DNA of 64,000 bases from Robiginitalea aestuariiviva (GTDB lineage: Bacteria > Bacteroidota > Bacteroidia > Flavobacteriales > Flavobacteriaceae). The notes beneath the pieces are model-generated. The model was not told where the DNA came from, ran no database searches, and saw only the letters and a program-made list of their open reading frames with translations. This document shows positions 1-9,998 of this stretch, piece after piece. A program made the position numbers and the translations under genes. The stretch lies in NCBI RefSeq assembly GCF_029537735.1, contig NZ_JARPUQ010000001.1, positions 776,696 through 840,695 on the forward strand, read 5' to 3'. The first letter of the stretch is position 1. Each line of letters begins with the position of its first letter.

Positions 1-2
1 AG

Positions 3-1145
3 GTAGACCCCGAACTGCTGGAGACCTTCAAGAAACTGGGGATCCCCATCGAAGAGCAGAAAAAACTGGCCGGGGTAGCCGTAGATTTTGTGATGGATTC
101 CGTTTCCGTGGCCACCACCTTCAAAAAGACCCTGGCGGAGAAAGGCATTATCTTCTGTTCCATCTCCGAGGCCATCCGGGAGCATCCGGAACTGGTCCGG
201 AAATACCTGGGTACCGTGGTGCCCCAGAAAGACAATTTTTACGCCGCCCTGAACTCTGCAGTATTCTCCGACGGTTCCTTCTGCTACATCCCCAAAGGGG
301 TGCGCTGCCCAATGGAACTCTCCACCTACTTCCGCATCAATCAGGCCGGGACCGGCCAGTTTGAGCGGACCCTGGTGGTTGCCGACCAGGGCAGTTATGT
401 CAGCTACCTGGAAGGGTGCACAGCGCCTTCCCGGGACGAGAACCAATTGCACGCCGCCGTAGTGGAACTCATTGCCCTGGACGACGCGGAGATCAAATAT
501 TCTACGGTGCAGAACTGGTTCCCCGGCGACAAGGACGGGAAAGGCGGGGTCTTCAATTTTGTGACCAAGCGCGGCCTTTGCGAGCGCAACGCCAAAATTT
601 CATGGACACAGGTAGAAACCGGATCCGCGGTAACCTGGAAATACCCCTCCTGCGTGTTGAAAGGGGATAACTCCATCGGGGAATTCTATTCCATTGCCGT
701 GACCAACAACCACCAGCAGGCCGATACGGGCACCAAGATGATCCACCTGGGGAAAAACACCCGCAGTACCATCATCTCCAAGGGAATTTCCGCCGGCCGT
801 TCCCAGAACAGCTACCGTGGCCTGGTACAGGTAGGGCGCCGGGCACAAAACGCCCGGAACTTCTCCCAGTGCGATTCCCTGCTGATGGGCAACGAATGCG
901 GGGCCCACACCTTCCCCTACATCGAGGCGCGCAACAAGACCGCACAAATTGAACACGAAGCCACCACCAGTAAGATCGGGGAAGACCAGATTTTCTACTG
1001 CAACCAGCGGGGTATCGATACCGAAAAGGCTATTGCCCTGATCGTAAACGGGTTCAGCAAGGAAGTGCTGAACAAACTGCCCATGGAATTTGCGGTGGAG
1101 GCGCAAAAACTTTTGGAAATCAGCCTGGAAGGCTCAGTAGGATAA
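3..1145 (+). CDS. sufB: Fe-S cluster assembly protein SufB (5' end outside window)
   Basis: Frame continues from window start ([21 protein letters not shown]...). Conserved SufB C-terminal region; immediately upstream of sufC/sufD. Confidence 0.9.
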   Translation, partial: VDPELLETFKKLGIPIEEQKKLAGVAVDFVMDSVSVATTFKKTLAEKGIIFCSISEAIREHPELVRKYLGTVVPQKDNFYAALNSAVFSDGSFCYIPKGVRCPMELSTYFRINQAGTGQFERTLVVADQGSYVSYLEGCTAPSRDENQLHAAVVELIALDDAEIKYSTVQNWFPGDKDGKGGVFNFVTKRGLCERNAKISWTQVETGSAVTWKYPSCVLKGDNSIGEFYSIAVTNNHQQADTGTKMIHLGKNTRSTIISKGISAGRSQNSYRGLVQVGRRAQNARNFSQCDSLLMGNECGAHTFPYIEARNKTAQIEHEATTSKIGEDQIFYCNQRGIDTEKAIALIVNGFSKEVLNKLPMEFAVEAQKLLEISLEGSVG

Positions 1146-1148
1146 GCT

Positions 1149-2030
1149 ATGATCAGAACCGTGACTAAACCCCTTGCCCTGCTAGCGGCCCTGGCCGTAT
1201 TCACGGGTTGCAAGGAAAAAGCCGAGAAAACGGAAGCAGCCGCAGAAAACCCTGCCAAACCGGAAGTACACCTGTATGCCCTGGATGGGGGAACCGTGCA
1301 GGTGAACAACCTGGAAATCTTTGCCCAGGATTCCGTGTACCGGGGCGAAAGCACCACCTTTGCCGATGCGTACTATGTGATTGTTCACCCCAAAGGCACC
1401 CTGATGTGGGATGCCGGCCTGCCGGAAGCCCTGGTGGGCCTGCCGGAGCCCTTTACCTCCCCTGACGGTAATTTTACCGTGTCCCGCCCGGACTCTTTGG
1501 CTGCCCAACTGGCTGCCATTGGCCTGAGCCCGGAGGATATTGATTACTTGTCCCTGTCCCACACCCACTTTGACCACAGCGGGCATGCGGAAAGCGTTCC
1601 CAATGCCACCTGGCTGGTACAGGATACCGAATACGCCTGGATCAGCAGCCCCGAGATGGAGGCGGCCCAGCCGGATATGTTTAACGCTGTGAACGACCTT
1701 ACAAAAGTGCAGCAAATCTCCGGGGATTTTGATGTCTTTGGAGACGGTAGCGTGATGATCAAGGCCATGCCCGGCCACACCCCGGGGCACTCTGCCCTGT
1801 ATGTGGACCTGGCCGAAAACGGCCCGGTTCTGTTGAGCGGCGACCTCTACCACCTGAAGGAAAACCGCCTGCACAAGCGCGTACCCGTATTTAACACCGA
1901 TGTAGACCAGACCCTTGCCAGCATGGAAGCCTTTGAAGCATTTGCCGATTCCACCGGCGCCAAGGTAACCCTGCAACACAGCAAGGAAGATTTCGAATCC
2001 ATGCCTAAAGCACCTGAGTTTTTAAAGTAA
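1149..2030 (+). CDS. Metallo-beta-lactamase-fold hydrolase lipoprotein (AHL-lactonase-like) embedded in suf operon
   Basis: N-terminal signal/lipobox (LAALAVFTGC). HxHxDH zinc motif HTHFDHSGH. Later His/Asp ligands (MPGHTPGH). 4 bp after the sufB stop. Confidence 0.7.
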   Translation: MIRTVTKPLALLAALAVFTGCKEKAEKTEAAAENPAKPEVHLYALDGGTVQVNNLEIFAQDSVYRGESTTFADAYYVIVHPKGTLMWDAGLPEALVGLPEPFTSPDGNFTVSRPDSLAAQLAAIGLSPEDIDYLSLSHTHFDHSGHAESVPNATWLVQDTEYAWISSPEMEAAQPDMFNAVNDLTKVQQISGDFDVFGDGSVMIKAMPGHTPGHSALYVDLAENGPVLLSGDLYHLKENRLHKRVPVFNTDVDQTLASMEAFEAFADSTGAKVTLQHSKEDFESMPKAPEFLK

Positions 2031-2036
2031 GCCCCT

Positions 2037-2789
2037 ATGTTGAAGATAAAGAACCTCCACGCCGGTATTGAAAATAAAAAGATCCTTAAGGGGATCAACC
2101 TGGAAATCAAACCGGGCGAAGTCCATGCCATCATGGGCCCCAACGGCTCCGGGAAAAGTACCCTGGCTTCCGTGATTACCGGGAAGGAAGATTTTGAAGT
2201 AACCCGGGGTCAGATCCTCTTTGACGGGACCGACCTGGACGATATGGCGCCCGAAGAACGCGCCCACCTGGGTATTTTCCTGTCCTTCCAGTACCCGGTG
2301 GAAATCCCCGGGGTTACTGTAACCAATTTTATGAAGACCGCCATCAATGAGACCCGTAAGGCGCAGGGGCTGGAAGAAATGCCGGCCAACCAGATGCTGA
2401 AGCTGATCCGGGAAAAGGCGGAACTGCTGGAAATTGACCGGAAATTTTTATCCCGCTCCCTGAACGAAGGGTTCTCCGGCGGGGAAAAGAAACGGAATGA
2501 AATCTTCCAGATGGCCATGCTGCAGCCCAAACTCGCCATCCTGGACGAAACGGATTCCGGCCTGGATATCGATGCCCTTCGGGTAGTTGCCAATGGAGTA
2601 AACCGCCTGAAAAATGAACAAAATGCCTTTTTGGTGATCACCCACTACCAGCGCCTGCTGGATTACATCGTGCCCGATGTGGTACACGTAATGCACGATG
2701 GGAAGATCGTGAAGTCCGGGGATAAAGAACTGGCCCTGGAACTGGAAGAAAAAGGATACGACTGGATCAAACAGGAAGCCGTCCTGTAA
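2037..2789 (+). CDS. sufC: Fe-S cluster assembly ATPase SufC
   Basis: Walker [13 protein letters not shown] signature FSGGEKKR, Walker [11 protein letters not shown]. 250 aa, typical SufC. Confidence 0.95.
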   Translation: MLKIKNLHAGIENKKILKGINLEIKPGEVHAIMGPNGSGKSTLASVITGKEDFEVTRGQILFDGTDLDDMAPEERAHLGIFLSFQYPVEIPGVTVTNFMKTAINETRKAQGLEEMPANQMLKLIREKAELLEIDRKFLSRSLNEGFSGGEKKRNEIFQMAMLQPKLAILDETDSGLDIDALRVVANGVNRLKNEQNAFLVITHYQRLLDYIVPDVVHVMHDGKIVKSGDKELALELEEKGYDWIKQEAVL

Positions 2790-2815
2790 GGAACCCGGCA
2801 CCTAAAGCAAGTACC

Positions 2816-4132
2816 ATGGATCTAAAAGAGAAGCTCCTCTCCTCCTTTATGGCCTTTGAGAATCAGGTGGACCTGGACCACCCCATCCACGAGATGCGCT
2901 CCGAGGCCCTGAAGAATTTTGAAACCAAGGGATTCCCCCACCGCAAGATGGAGGCCTGGAAATACACCTCCCTGGCCGGCCTGCAACAGGTAGACTTCAG
3001 CATCTTCCCCAAGGAAGACAACAACCTGGAGTACCGGGAGGTAAAGCCCTACTTCCTGCACGAGATCGACACCTATAAGATTGTGTTTGTGGACGGGGTA
3101 TACAGCTCTTACCTTTCCGAAACCACGCACGACGGGGTAGACATCTGCCTGATGAGCGCGGCGCTTTCCAAGCCCATGTACCGCCCCATCATTGATGTCT
3201 ACTTCAACAAGGTGGCTTCCAGGGAAGACTCTTTGACCTCCCTAAATACGGCCTTTACCAAGGAAGGGGCCTATATCTATATCCCAAAGAACAAGGCGCC
3301 CCGCAAGCCCGTGGAAATCCTGCATTTCTCTACCGGCAACGAGGCTGCCCTGATGGTACAGCCGCGCAACCTCATCATTGTGGAGGAAAACGCGGAGCTG
3401 CAGGTCATTGAGCGCCACCAGAGTCTGACCTCCAACGAGGTGCTCACCAATTGCGTGACGGAGATCTTTGCCGCTAAAAATGCCATTGTGGATTATTACA
3501 AGGTGCAGAACGACATGCCCGGGGCTTCCCTGATCGACAACACCTACATTGACCAGAAGGACAACAGCCAGGTAAGCGTGCACACCTTTTCCTTCGGGGG
3601 GAAACTTACCCGGAACAACCTGAATTTCTACCAGGACGGGGAACACATCAATTCCATCCTGAAAGGGGTGACCATCCTGGGGGAAAAACAGCATGTAGAC
3701 CACCATACCCTGGTGCACCACCAGCAGCCCAACTGCGAGAGCCACCAGGACTACAAGGGTATTTACGGCTCCCGCTCTACCGGGGTGTTCAACGGGAAGA
3801 TCATTGTAGACAAGATTGCCCAGAAAACCAATGCCTTCCAACAGAACAACAACCTGCTGATTTCGGACCAGGCCGAGGTAAACACCAAGCCGCAGCTCGA
3901 AATCTTTGCAGACGACGTGCGTTGCTCCCACGGATGTACCATTGGGCAGCTGGACGAAGAGGCGCAGTTCTACCTGCGTTCCCGCGGGATCCCGGAAAAA
4001 GAGGCCTCGGCCCTGCTGATGTACGCCTTTGCAAATAATGTGCTGGAGAGCGTGCGTATCCAGGAAGTTAAGGCCCGGATCAATAAACTGATCGCCAAAA
4101 AACTGGGCGTGAATATTGGCTTTAACCTGTAA
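2816..4132 (+). CDS. sufD: Fe-S cluster assembly protein SufD
   Basis: 438 aa, SufB/SufD family C-terminal region, position after sufC. Confidence 0.9.
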   Translation: MDLKEKLLSSFMAFENQVDLDHPIHEMRSEALKNFETKGFPHRKMEAWKYTSLAGLQQVDFSIFPKEDNNLEYREVKPYFLHEIDTYKIVFVDGVYSSYLSETTHDGVDICLMSAALSKPMYRPIIDVYFNKVASREDSLTSLNTAFTKEGAYIYIPKNKAPRKPVEILHFSTGNEAALMVQPRNLIIVEENAELQVIERHQSLTSNEVLTNCVTEIFAAKNAIVDYYKVQNDMPGASLIDNTYIDQKDNSQVSVHTFSFGGKLTRNNLNFYQDGEHINSILKGVTILGEKQHVDHHTLVHHQQPNCESHQDYKGIYGSRSTGVFNGKIIVDKIAQKTNAFQQNNNLLISDQAEVNTKPQLEIFADDVRCSHGCTIGQLDEEAQFYLRSRGIPEKEASALLMYAFANNVLESVRIQEVKARINKLIAKKLGVNIGFNL

Positions 4133-4231
4133 ACCAACAGGACTTAAAGAAATCTCAATTAACGTTTTTGTAGGAATTATCGGCAATTTTATCGGGTAGG
4201 TTTGGAAGACTAACATTTCAAACCCAACCGT

Positions 4232-4798
4232 ATGATTCGATTATTACTCCTCCTGGTATTATGGCTACTGGGACATGCTGTGCAGGCGCAAACGCAGCCC
4301 TGGAACGCCAGCGTCCATTACCCGATTTCCATTGGCGATAGTTTCCGGTCATCCAATCAGGGGATCATTGGCCTGGAAATTGGCCGAACGTTCGCCCAAT
4401 GGGGTAAAGCGCGCATTGGCGCCTCCCTGGCTGGCAGCTGGTTTGCCACTACGATCATCAACGACTCAGATCCCGTACAGGAAAACAAGTATCGGGACGC
4501 CTTTTTTTCCGGTAAGTTTTTTGCCGAATGGGACCTGGACCAGGCAAAACGCCTACATCTGCAAACAGGCCTGGGCTGGGGCTATCAAACCAGTCGTTTT
4601 TCACCGGCTTTTTTTGATGCCAATGGACGGTTGCAAGGTGAAGAGACCAGCCATGGTCCGGTGATCAGCCTTGGACTGGGTTACGACCTTACCCCCAACT
4701 GGTATGTACAAACCCAGGTAGAAGGTATGGGCCTGTTCGGCAAGTCGCCTACCAGTTATGTAGGGCTCTTGCGCATTGGGACGGGTTTCCGGTTTTAA
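4232..4798 (+). CDS. Outer-membrane beta-barrel protein (porin-like), hypothetical
   Basis: Signal peptide MIRLLLLLVLWLLGHAVQAQ. Alternating amphipathic strands. C-terminal ...GTGFRF (terminal Phe typical of OM beta-barrels). Confidence 0.55.
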   Translation: MIRLLLLLVLWLLGHAVQAQTQPWNASVHYPISIGDSFRSSNQGIIGLEIGRTFAQWGKARIGASLAGSWFATTIINDSDPVQENKYRDAFFSGKFFAEWDLDQAKRLHLQTGLGWGYQTSRFSPAFFDANGRLQGEETSHGPVISLGLGYDLTPNWYVQTQVEGMGLFGKSPTSYVGLLRIGTGFRF

Positions 4799-4868
4799 GG
4801 GCTCCGACCCGCATAATCCCCTGGAAACAGGCCCTAAAAAACCCTGGCGTTCGGTATCTTTGTACCCT

Positions 4869-6095
4869 ATGAAAACACCCGTGCTGGACGTAGCTAGAAT
4901 CCGAAAAGATTTTCCCATCCTTACCCGAGAGGTAAACGGGCAGCCCTTGCTGTACCTGGACAATGCGGCCACCTCCCAGACCCCGGTACAGGTGATCGAC
5001 ACCATCGTAGATTACTACAGCCGATACAACGCCAACATTCACCGGGGGGTGCATACCCTTTCCCAGGAAGCCACCGATGCCTACGAGCAGGCCCGGGTGA
5101 AGATCCAGAAGCATTTTAATGCAGCCAAAGCCCATGAAATCCTTTTTACCTCGGGCACCACGCACGGGATAAACCTGGTAGCCCAGGGGTTTACCGAATT
5201 CCTGAAACCAGGCGATGAAATCTGGGTCTCCGCCCTGGAACACCACTCCAATATTGTACCCTGGCAGATGCTCTGCCAGCGTACGGGCGCCCGGCTGCGG
5301 GTGATCCCCATGGATGAAAAAGGGGAACTGGTGCTGCAACCCTTCCGAGAAGGCCTGTCCAATAAAACCAAGCTGGTCTTCTGCAACCACGTCTCCAATG
5401 CCCTGGGGACGGTAAACGACATTGAAGCCATCATTGCCGCCGCCCATGAGGTTGGCGCTGCCGTGCTGGTAGACGGGGCCCAGGCCGCCCCCCATATTGC
5501 CGCAGACCTGCAGGCCCTGGATGTGGACTTCTATACCGTTTCCGCACACAAACTCTGCGGCCCTACCGGGGTAGGCATCCTGTATGGGAAAGAAGCCTGG
5601 CTGGAAAAACTCCCGCCCTACCAGGGAGGGGGCGAAATGATCGAAACGGTCACCTTTGATAAAACCACCTATGCCGGGCTGCCCCACAAATTCGAAGCCG
5701 GTACCCCGAATATCTGCGGCGGCATCGCCTTTGGCGCAGCCCTGGACTACCTCAATGCCATTGGCATGGATGCCATTGCGGCCTACGAAGACCAATTGCT
5801 GGCCCATGCCACGGAAGCCCTGATGAAGATCCCGGGTATGAAAATTTATGGGGAATCCGCTCGTAAAACCTCCGTGATCTCCTTTAACCTGGAGGGGATT
5901 CACCCCTACGATGTGGGGACCCTGCTGGATAAAATGGGGATTGCGGTGCGTACAGGCCACCACTGCGCCCAGCCCATCATGGACTTTTACCGCATCCCGG
6001 GCACCGTTCGGGCCAGTTTCAGCTTCTACAATACCCTGGAAGAAGCGGACCGCCTGGCGGCCGGGGTAGAGCGGGCCCGGCAGATGCTGTCCTAG
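4869..6095 (+). CDS. sufS: Cysteine desulfurase SufS (class V aminotransferase)
   Basis: MKTPVLDVARIRKDFPIL...; PLP-lysine motif (SAHKLCGPTG); HHCAQP near the C-terminus. The six-frame ORF begins at 4776, but conserved N-terminus starts at ATG 4869. Confidence 0.9.
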   Translation: MKTPVLDVARIRKDFPILTREVNGQPLLYLDNAATSQTPVQVIDTIVDYYSRYNANIHRGVHTLSQEATDAYEQARVKIQKHFNAAKAHEILFTSGTTHGINLVAQGFTEFLKPGDEIWVSALEHHSNIVPWQMLCQRTGARLRVIPMDEKGELVLQPFREGLSNKTKLVFCNHVSNALGTVNDIEAIIAAAHEVGAAVLVDGAQAAPHIAADLQALDVDFYTVSAHKLCGPTGVGILYGKEAWLEKLPPYQGGGEMIETVTFDKTTYAGLPHKFEAGTPNICGGIAFGAALDYLNAIGMDAIAAYEDQLLAHATEALMKIPGMKIYGESARKTSVISFNLEGIHPYDVGTLLDKMGIAVRTGHHCAQPIMDFYRIPGTVRASFSFYNTLEEADRLAAGVERARQMLS

Positions 6096-6111
6096 CTTCC
6101 CCCTAAACCGG

Positions 6112-6582
6112 TTGAAAGACAGGCTTTATTATCGTATTTTTGCGGCTATGGAACAGCAAGATATCGCCAGCATACAACAGGACATCGTGGAGGAATTCTC
6201 CATGTTTGACGATTGGATGCAGCGCTACGAATACATGATTGAACTGGGCAAGTCCCTGCCGCAGATTGACCCACAGTACAAGACAGACGACCACCTGATT
6301 AAAGGGTGTCAGAGTAAAGTTTGGGTTCATGCGGCCCTGGAGGACGGGCGCCTGGTCTTTACGGCGGATAGCGATGCCATTATCACCAAAGGTATTATCG
6401 GGATCCTGATCCGGGCCTTCAGCCACCAGAAACCGTCTGATATCATTGCCGCCAAAACGGAATTTATCGACGAAATCGGGCTGAAGGAACACCTCTCGCC
6501 CACCCGGGCCAATGGCCTGGTGAGCATGATCAAACAGTTGAAACTCTACGCCGTGGCGTACGAAACCCAGATGGAGTCCTGA
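6112..6582 (+). CDS. sufE: Cysteine desulfuration protein SufE
   Basis: SufE-like sequence with conserved Cys (IKGCQSKVWV). True start may be the ATG at 6148 (MEQQDIAS...). Confidence 0.8.
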   Translation: MKDRLYYRIFAAMEQQDIASIQQDIVEEFSMFDDWMQRYEYMIELGKSLPQIDPQYKTDDHLIKGCQSKVWVHAALEDGRLVFTADSDAIITKGIIGILIRAFSHQKPSDIIAAKTEFIDEIGLKEHLSPTRANGLVSMIKQLKLYAVAYETQMES

Positions 6583-6601
6583 GGCTCCCAACCCAATACA
6601 A

Positions 6602-6931
6602 ATGGAAGAACAAACAGGCATAGATACGCAGGAACTCGGCGAGAAGATCGTCCGGGTCCTCAAGACCATATACGACCCGGAAATCCCGGTGGACATCTAC
6701 GAGCTCGGGCTTATTTATGACGTCTTTGTCAATGAAGCCCGCGACGTGAAGATCCTGATGACCCTGACCTCCCCCAACTGCCCGGTAGCCGAAAGCCTGC
6801 CCGTAGAGGTGGAGGAAAAGGTAAAATCCCTGGACCTGGTCAATGACGCCGAGGTGGAAATCACCTTTGATCCGCCCTGGACCCAGGAATTGATGAGCGA
6901 GGAAGCCAAACTGGAACTCGGCCTCCTCTAA
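6602..6931 (+). CDS. sufT: DUF59/MIP18-family Fe-S assembly protein (SufT-like)
   Basis: 109 aa; DUF59 hallmark PEIPVDIYELGLIY and TLTSPNCPVAE. Confidence 0.75.
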   Translation: MEEQTGIDTQELGEKIVRVLKTIYDPEIPVDIYELGLIYDVFVNEARDVKILMTLTSPNCPVAESLPVEVEEKVKSLDLVNDAEVEITFDPPWTQELMSEEAKLELGLL

Positions 6932-6945
6932 TTTCCGCTGCGCAC

Positions 6946-7452
6946 ATGGAAGGTGAAATTGTAAACCGCGTTGCCCAAAGCTCCCTGAGGACGCTGGACC
7001 TGGAGGAACTCTACCCCCAGGGTCCGCGGCATGGCCTGGACATCAGCCCCTGGCTGGACCAGGGCATAATCCTGAGGGAACAGCCCTTCCGGGAAGCGGT
7101 AAAGGCCCATGACTGGGCAGCCTACCAGGACGCCTTCGTGTACCTGTACTGCAGCTCGGATGCCATTGTGCCTACCTGGGCCTATATGTTGATAAGTACC
7201 CACCTGGCCCCGGTGGCCCGCAAGGTGGTAGTGGGTTCCCGCGAGCTCCTGGAGAGCGTTATTTTCTCGGAAACCCTGGCTGCCATGGACGTGGAGCCCT
7301 TCCGGGACAAGCCGGTTATTATAAAGGGTTGCAGCCATTTGCCCGTGCCGCCTACCGCCTATACACAAGCCGTGGACCGGCTACTGGGGGTGGCCCGTAC
7401 CATACAGTTCGGGGAGGCCTGTTCTTCCGTGCCCCTCTATCGTCGAAAATAG
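6946..7452 (+). CDS. Hypothetical protein, DUF2480-like (recurrent downstream of suf genes in Bacteroidota)
   Basis: 168-aa ORF with coding-like composition directly after sufT. Family assignment from memory of flavobacterial synteny, not verified. Confidence 0.45.
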   Translation: MEGEIVNRVAQSSLRTLDLEELYPQGPRHGLDISPWLDQGIILREQPFREAVKAHDWAAYQDAFVYLYCSSDAIVPTWAYMLISTHLAPVARKVVVGSRELLESVIFSETLAAMDVEPFRDKPVIIKGCSHLPVPPTAYTQAVDRLLGVARTIQFGEACSSVPLYRRK

Positions 7453-7453
7453 T

Positions 7454-7502
7454 GTTGATAACCAGCCGCATATATCAACAATGATTATTTTTGTTGTTGA
7501 TA
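7454..7502. promoter_or_regulatory. Candidate operator: inverted repeat TGTTGATA-N11-TATCAACA plus a third direct copy TTGTTGATAAAC, 20 bp upstream of the ATG at 7522
   Basis: Read directly: agTGTTGATAaccagccgcataTATCAACAatgattatttttgtTGTTGATAaac. Confidence 0.25.
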
Positions 7503-7521
7503 AACTAAACACTATCCCATT

Positions 7522-8448
7522 ATGAAAAAAATCGTTTTGGCCCTTAGCGGGCTGCTGATCACTGCGTTTGCCCATGCGCAAACCGAAGCGGAACTCAAAG
7601 CCACTTTAGGTGAAAAGAAAGATTCCATTGCGGCCATTCAGGGCCGCGCCAACGCCATCCAGGCACAGATTGACGCCCTGCCGGGGTGGAAAATAGGAGC
7701 CTTCGGGGTCATTGGCGGGAGCATTTCCAACTTCAGCAACTGGTACGCCCAGGGCATCCCGAACAACGCCTCCGGGAACATCGGGTTTACCGTAAATGCC
7801 TTTGCCAACCTGCAGGAGGAAAAGTTTTTTTGGAGGAATTCCGGGAACCTGAACCTGAGCTGGGTGAAGCTGGACGACAAGGACGACCCCAATGACGAGT
7901 CCGGCTTCCGGGAAGCGGTGGATGTCTTTAACATCACCTCCCTTTACGGCCGAAAACTGAGCGAGACCTTTGCCATCTCCACCTTAGGGGAATACCGGAC
8001 CACCCTGTTGAACAACTTCAACAATCCCGGGTATTTGGATATCGGGGTCGGGGCCACCTGGACGCCTGTACAAAACCTGGTGGTGGTGATCCACCCGCTC
8101 AACTACAACTTTGTCTTTTCGGATGCCGACGACATCTTCGAGTCTTCCATGGGGGCCAAAGTGGTTGCCGACTACACCCGGCAGCTGGGTGCCATTGCCT
8201 TTAAGTCCAACCTCTCTGCCTTTATGAGCTACAAGAGCAGCAACCTGAGCAACTGGACCTGGATTAATTCCTTCAGCTATACCCTCTGGAAGAAAATCGG
8301 GGTAGGCTTCGATTTTGGCCTGCGCGGCAACAGGCAGGAAGCCCTGAACTACGCCATCAATACCCTGGGCAATGCCGGTGCCACCTTCGACAACACCGAC
8401 AACGAACTGCAGTCTTACTGGACGCTGGGGATGAGCTACAAGTTCTGA
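7522..8448 (+). CDS. Outer-membrane beta-barrel protein, DUF3078-like hypothetical
   Basis: Signal peptide MKKIVLALSGLLITAFAHAQ; ends ...LGMSYKF (C-terminal Phe). Confidence 0.5.
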   Translation: MKKIVLALSGLLITAFAHAQTEAELKATLGEKKDSIAAIQGRANAIQAQIDALPGWKIGAFGVIGGSISNFSNWYAQGIPNNASGNIGFTVNAFANLQEEKFFWRNSGNLNLSWVKLDDKDDPNDESGFREAVDVFNITSLYGRKLSETFAISTLGEYRTTLLNNFNNPGYLDIGVGATWTPVQNLVVVIHPLNYNFVFSDADDIFESSMGAKVVADYTRQLGAIAFKSNLSAFMSYKSSNLSNWTWINSFSYTLWKKIGVGFDFGLRGNRQEALNYAINTLGNAGATFDNTDNELQSYWTLGMSYKF

Positions 8449-8472
8449 GCCTCAGGCCCGCACCATAAAAAA

Positions 8473-8500
8473 AGCCCTGGTTTTTCGCCAGGGCTTTTCT
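8473..8500. terminator. Rho-independent terminator hairpin (AGCCCTGG-ttttcg-CCAGGGCT followed by TTTT)
   Basis: Perfect 8-bp stem flanked by an A-run and a T-run, between convergent genes (7522..8448 + and hflX -). Confidence 0.5.
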
Positions 8501-8688
8501 GTTGGGGTAGGTTCATACCATCTGATTACGTAACATGTCTTGTGGTACGATCCGGAATAAACACTATCACTTAAACACTGCATAAAGATAGCAGGATATC
8601 CGTATTAAACCGCATATTTTCAAGGTAAATTGCCTGATCGAGTGGGAAGTCCGACAAGCCGGGCGTTTTCATCGACGAGATTCGCCCG

Positions 8689-9939
8689 CTACTCCCCCCC
8701 TTCCTGGCTGTAGTCGTCCAGGTTTTCCGGATAGAGGAAATTATTGTAGGGAAAACGGGTCACGTGGATGTCACGTACCGCCCGGTAAACCCGCTTGCGG
8801 AACTCGTCCATATTCTCCTTTTCCAGGGCCGAAATGAAAATAGCGTCCCCGGAGACACGTTGCATCCAGGTGGTCTTCCATTCCTCTATGGAATAGTGGC
8901 GCGAGGTACGCTCGGTTACCAGGTCGTCCTCGTCCAGGGGCTCCGCTTCGTACAGGTCAATTTTGTTGAACACCATCAGGGTATCCTTGTCCGTACACCC
9001 GATTTCCGAAAGGATCTGGTTCACCGAATCGATATGGTCTTCAAAGCTGGGGTGGGAAATGTCCACCACGTGCAGCAACAGGTCCGCCTCCCGCACCTCG
9101 TCCAGGGTACTTTTAAAACTTTCCACCAACTGGGTGGGCAGCTTGCGGATAAACCCCACCGTATCGCTGAGCAGAAAAGGCAGGTTGCCCAACACCACCT
9201 TGCGCACCGTGGTGTCCAGGGTGGCAAAAAGCTTGTTTTCCGCGAAGACCTCGCTTTTGCTGATCACATTCATGAGGGTGGATTTCCCCACGTTGGTATA
9301 TCCCACCAGGGCCACGCGTACCAGGGAGCCGCGGTTCCCCCGCTGGGTCTCCATCTGCTTGTCGATCTTGGTGAGTTTCTTTTTAAGCAGGGCAATGCGG
9401 TCCCGCACAATCCGGCGGTCGGTTTCAATTTCCGTCTCCCCGGGGCCGCGCATCCCGATCCCCCCGCGTTGGCGTTCCAGGTGGGTCCAGAGGCCGGTCA
9501 GGCGGGGCAAGAGGTATTCGTACTGGGCCAGTTCCACCTGGGTGCGCGCATAGCTGGTGGCGGCCCGCTGGGCAAAAATATCCAGGATCAGGCCGGTGCG
9601 GTCCAGGATCTTGCACCGCAATTCCTTTTCGATATTACGTTGCTGCACCGGGGTGAGCTCGTCGTCAAAAATAACCGACCCCACTTCCTGGGCCTTGACG
9701 TACTCCTGTACCTCGGCCAGCTTCCCACTGCCGATAAAGGTTTTAGGGTTGGGCACGTCTATACGCTGCACAAAACGCTTTACCACTTCCCCCCCGGCCG
9801 TATAGGTGAGGAACTCCAGTTCGTCCAGGTATTCGTTAACCTTTTCCTCCGGTTGCTCCCGGGTAATTACCCCGATGAGTACCGACTTTTCGTATGCGAT
9901 TTCCTTCTTCTCGAGCATAATGCGTATGCGACCCTGCAA
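8689..9939 (-). CDS. hflX: GTPase HflX
   Basis: G1 GYTNVGKST, DTVGF, NKID motifs, HflX N-terminal domain. Start may be the internal Met (MLEKK..., 9918). Confidence 0.9.
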   Translation of the reverse strand: MQGRIRIMLEKKEIAYEKSVLIGVITREQPEEKVNEYLDELEFLTYTAGGEVVKRFVQRIDVPNPKTFIGSGKLAEVQEYVKAQEVGSVIFDDELTPVQQRNIEKELRCKILDRTGLILDIFAQRAATSYARTQVELAQYEYLLPRLTGLWTHLERQRGGIGMRGPGETEIETDRRIVRDRIALLKKKLTKIDKQMETQRGNRGSLVRVALVGYTNVGKSTLMNVISKSEVFAENKLFATLDTTVRKVVLGNLPFLLSDTVGFIRKLPTQLVESFKSTLDEVREADLLLHVVDISHPSFEDHIDSVNQILSEIGCTDKDTLMVFNKIDLYEAEPLDEDDLVTERTSRHYSIEEWKTTWMQRVSGDAIFISALEKENMDEFRKRVYRAVRDIHVTRFPYNNFLYPENLDDYSQEGGE

Positions 9940-9998
9940 AACTACGCAATCGCAGCGAAGTCTTTATTGTATCTTTAGAATCCTTACCCGATTTCACC

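Noticed and set aside
8500-8688. 240-bp untranslated gap between the OM protein gene and hflX, as a possible sRNA
   Set aside because: No recognisable structure or conserved motif beyond the terminator at 8473-8500; cannot support an RNA gene from sequence alone.
8764-9978. 404-aa plus-strand ORF antisense to hflX
   Set aside because: Gly/His/Gln/Leu-rich translation with no motifs; the minus strand encodes a complete HflX with G1-G4 motifs. Long antisense ORFs are expected at about 60% GC.
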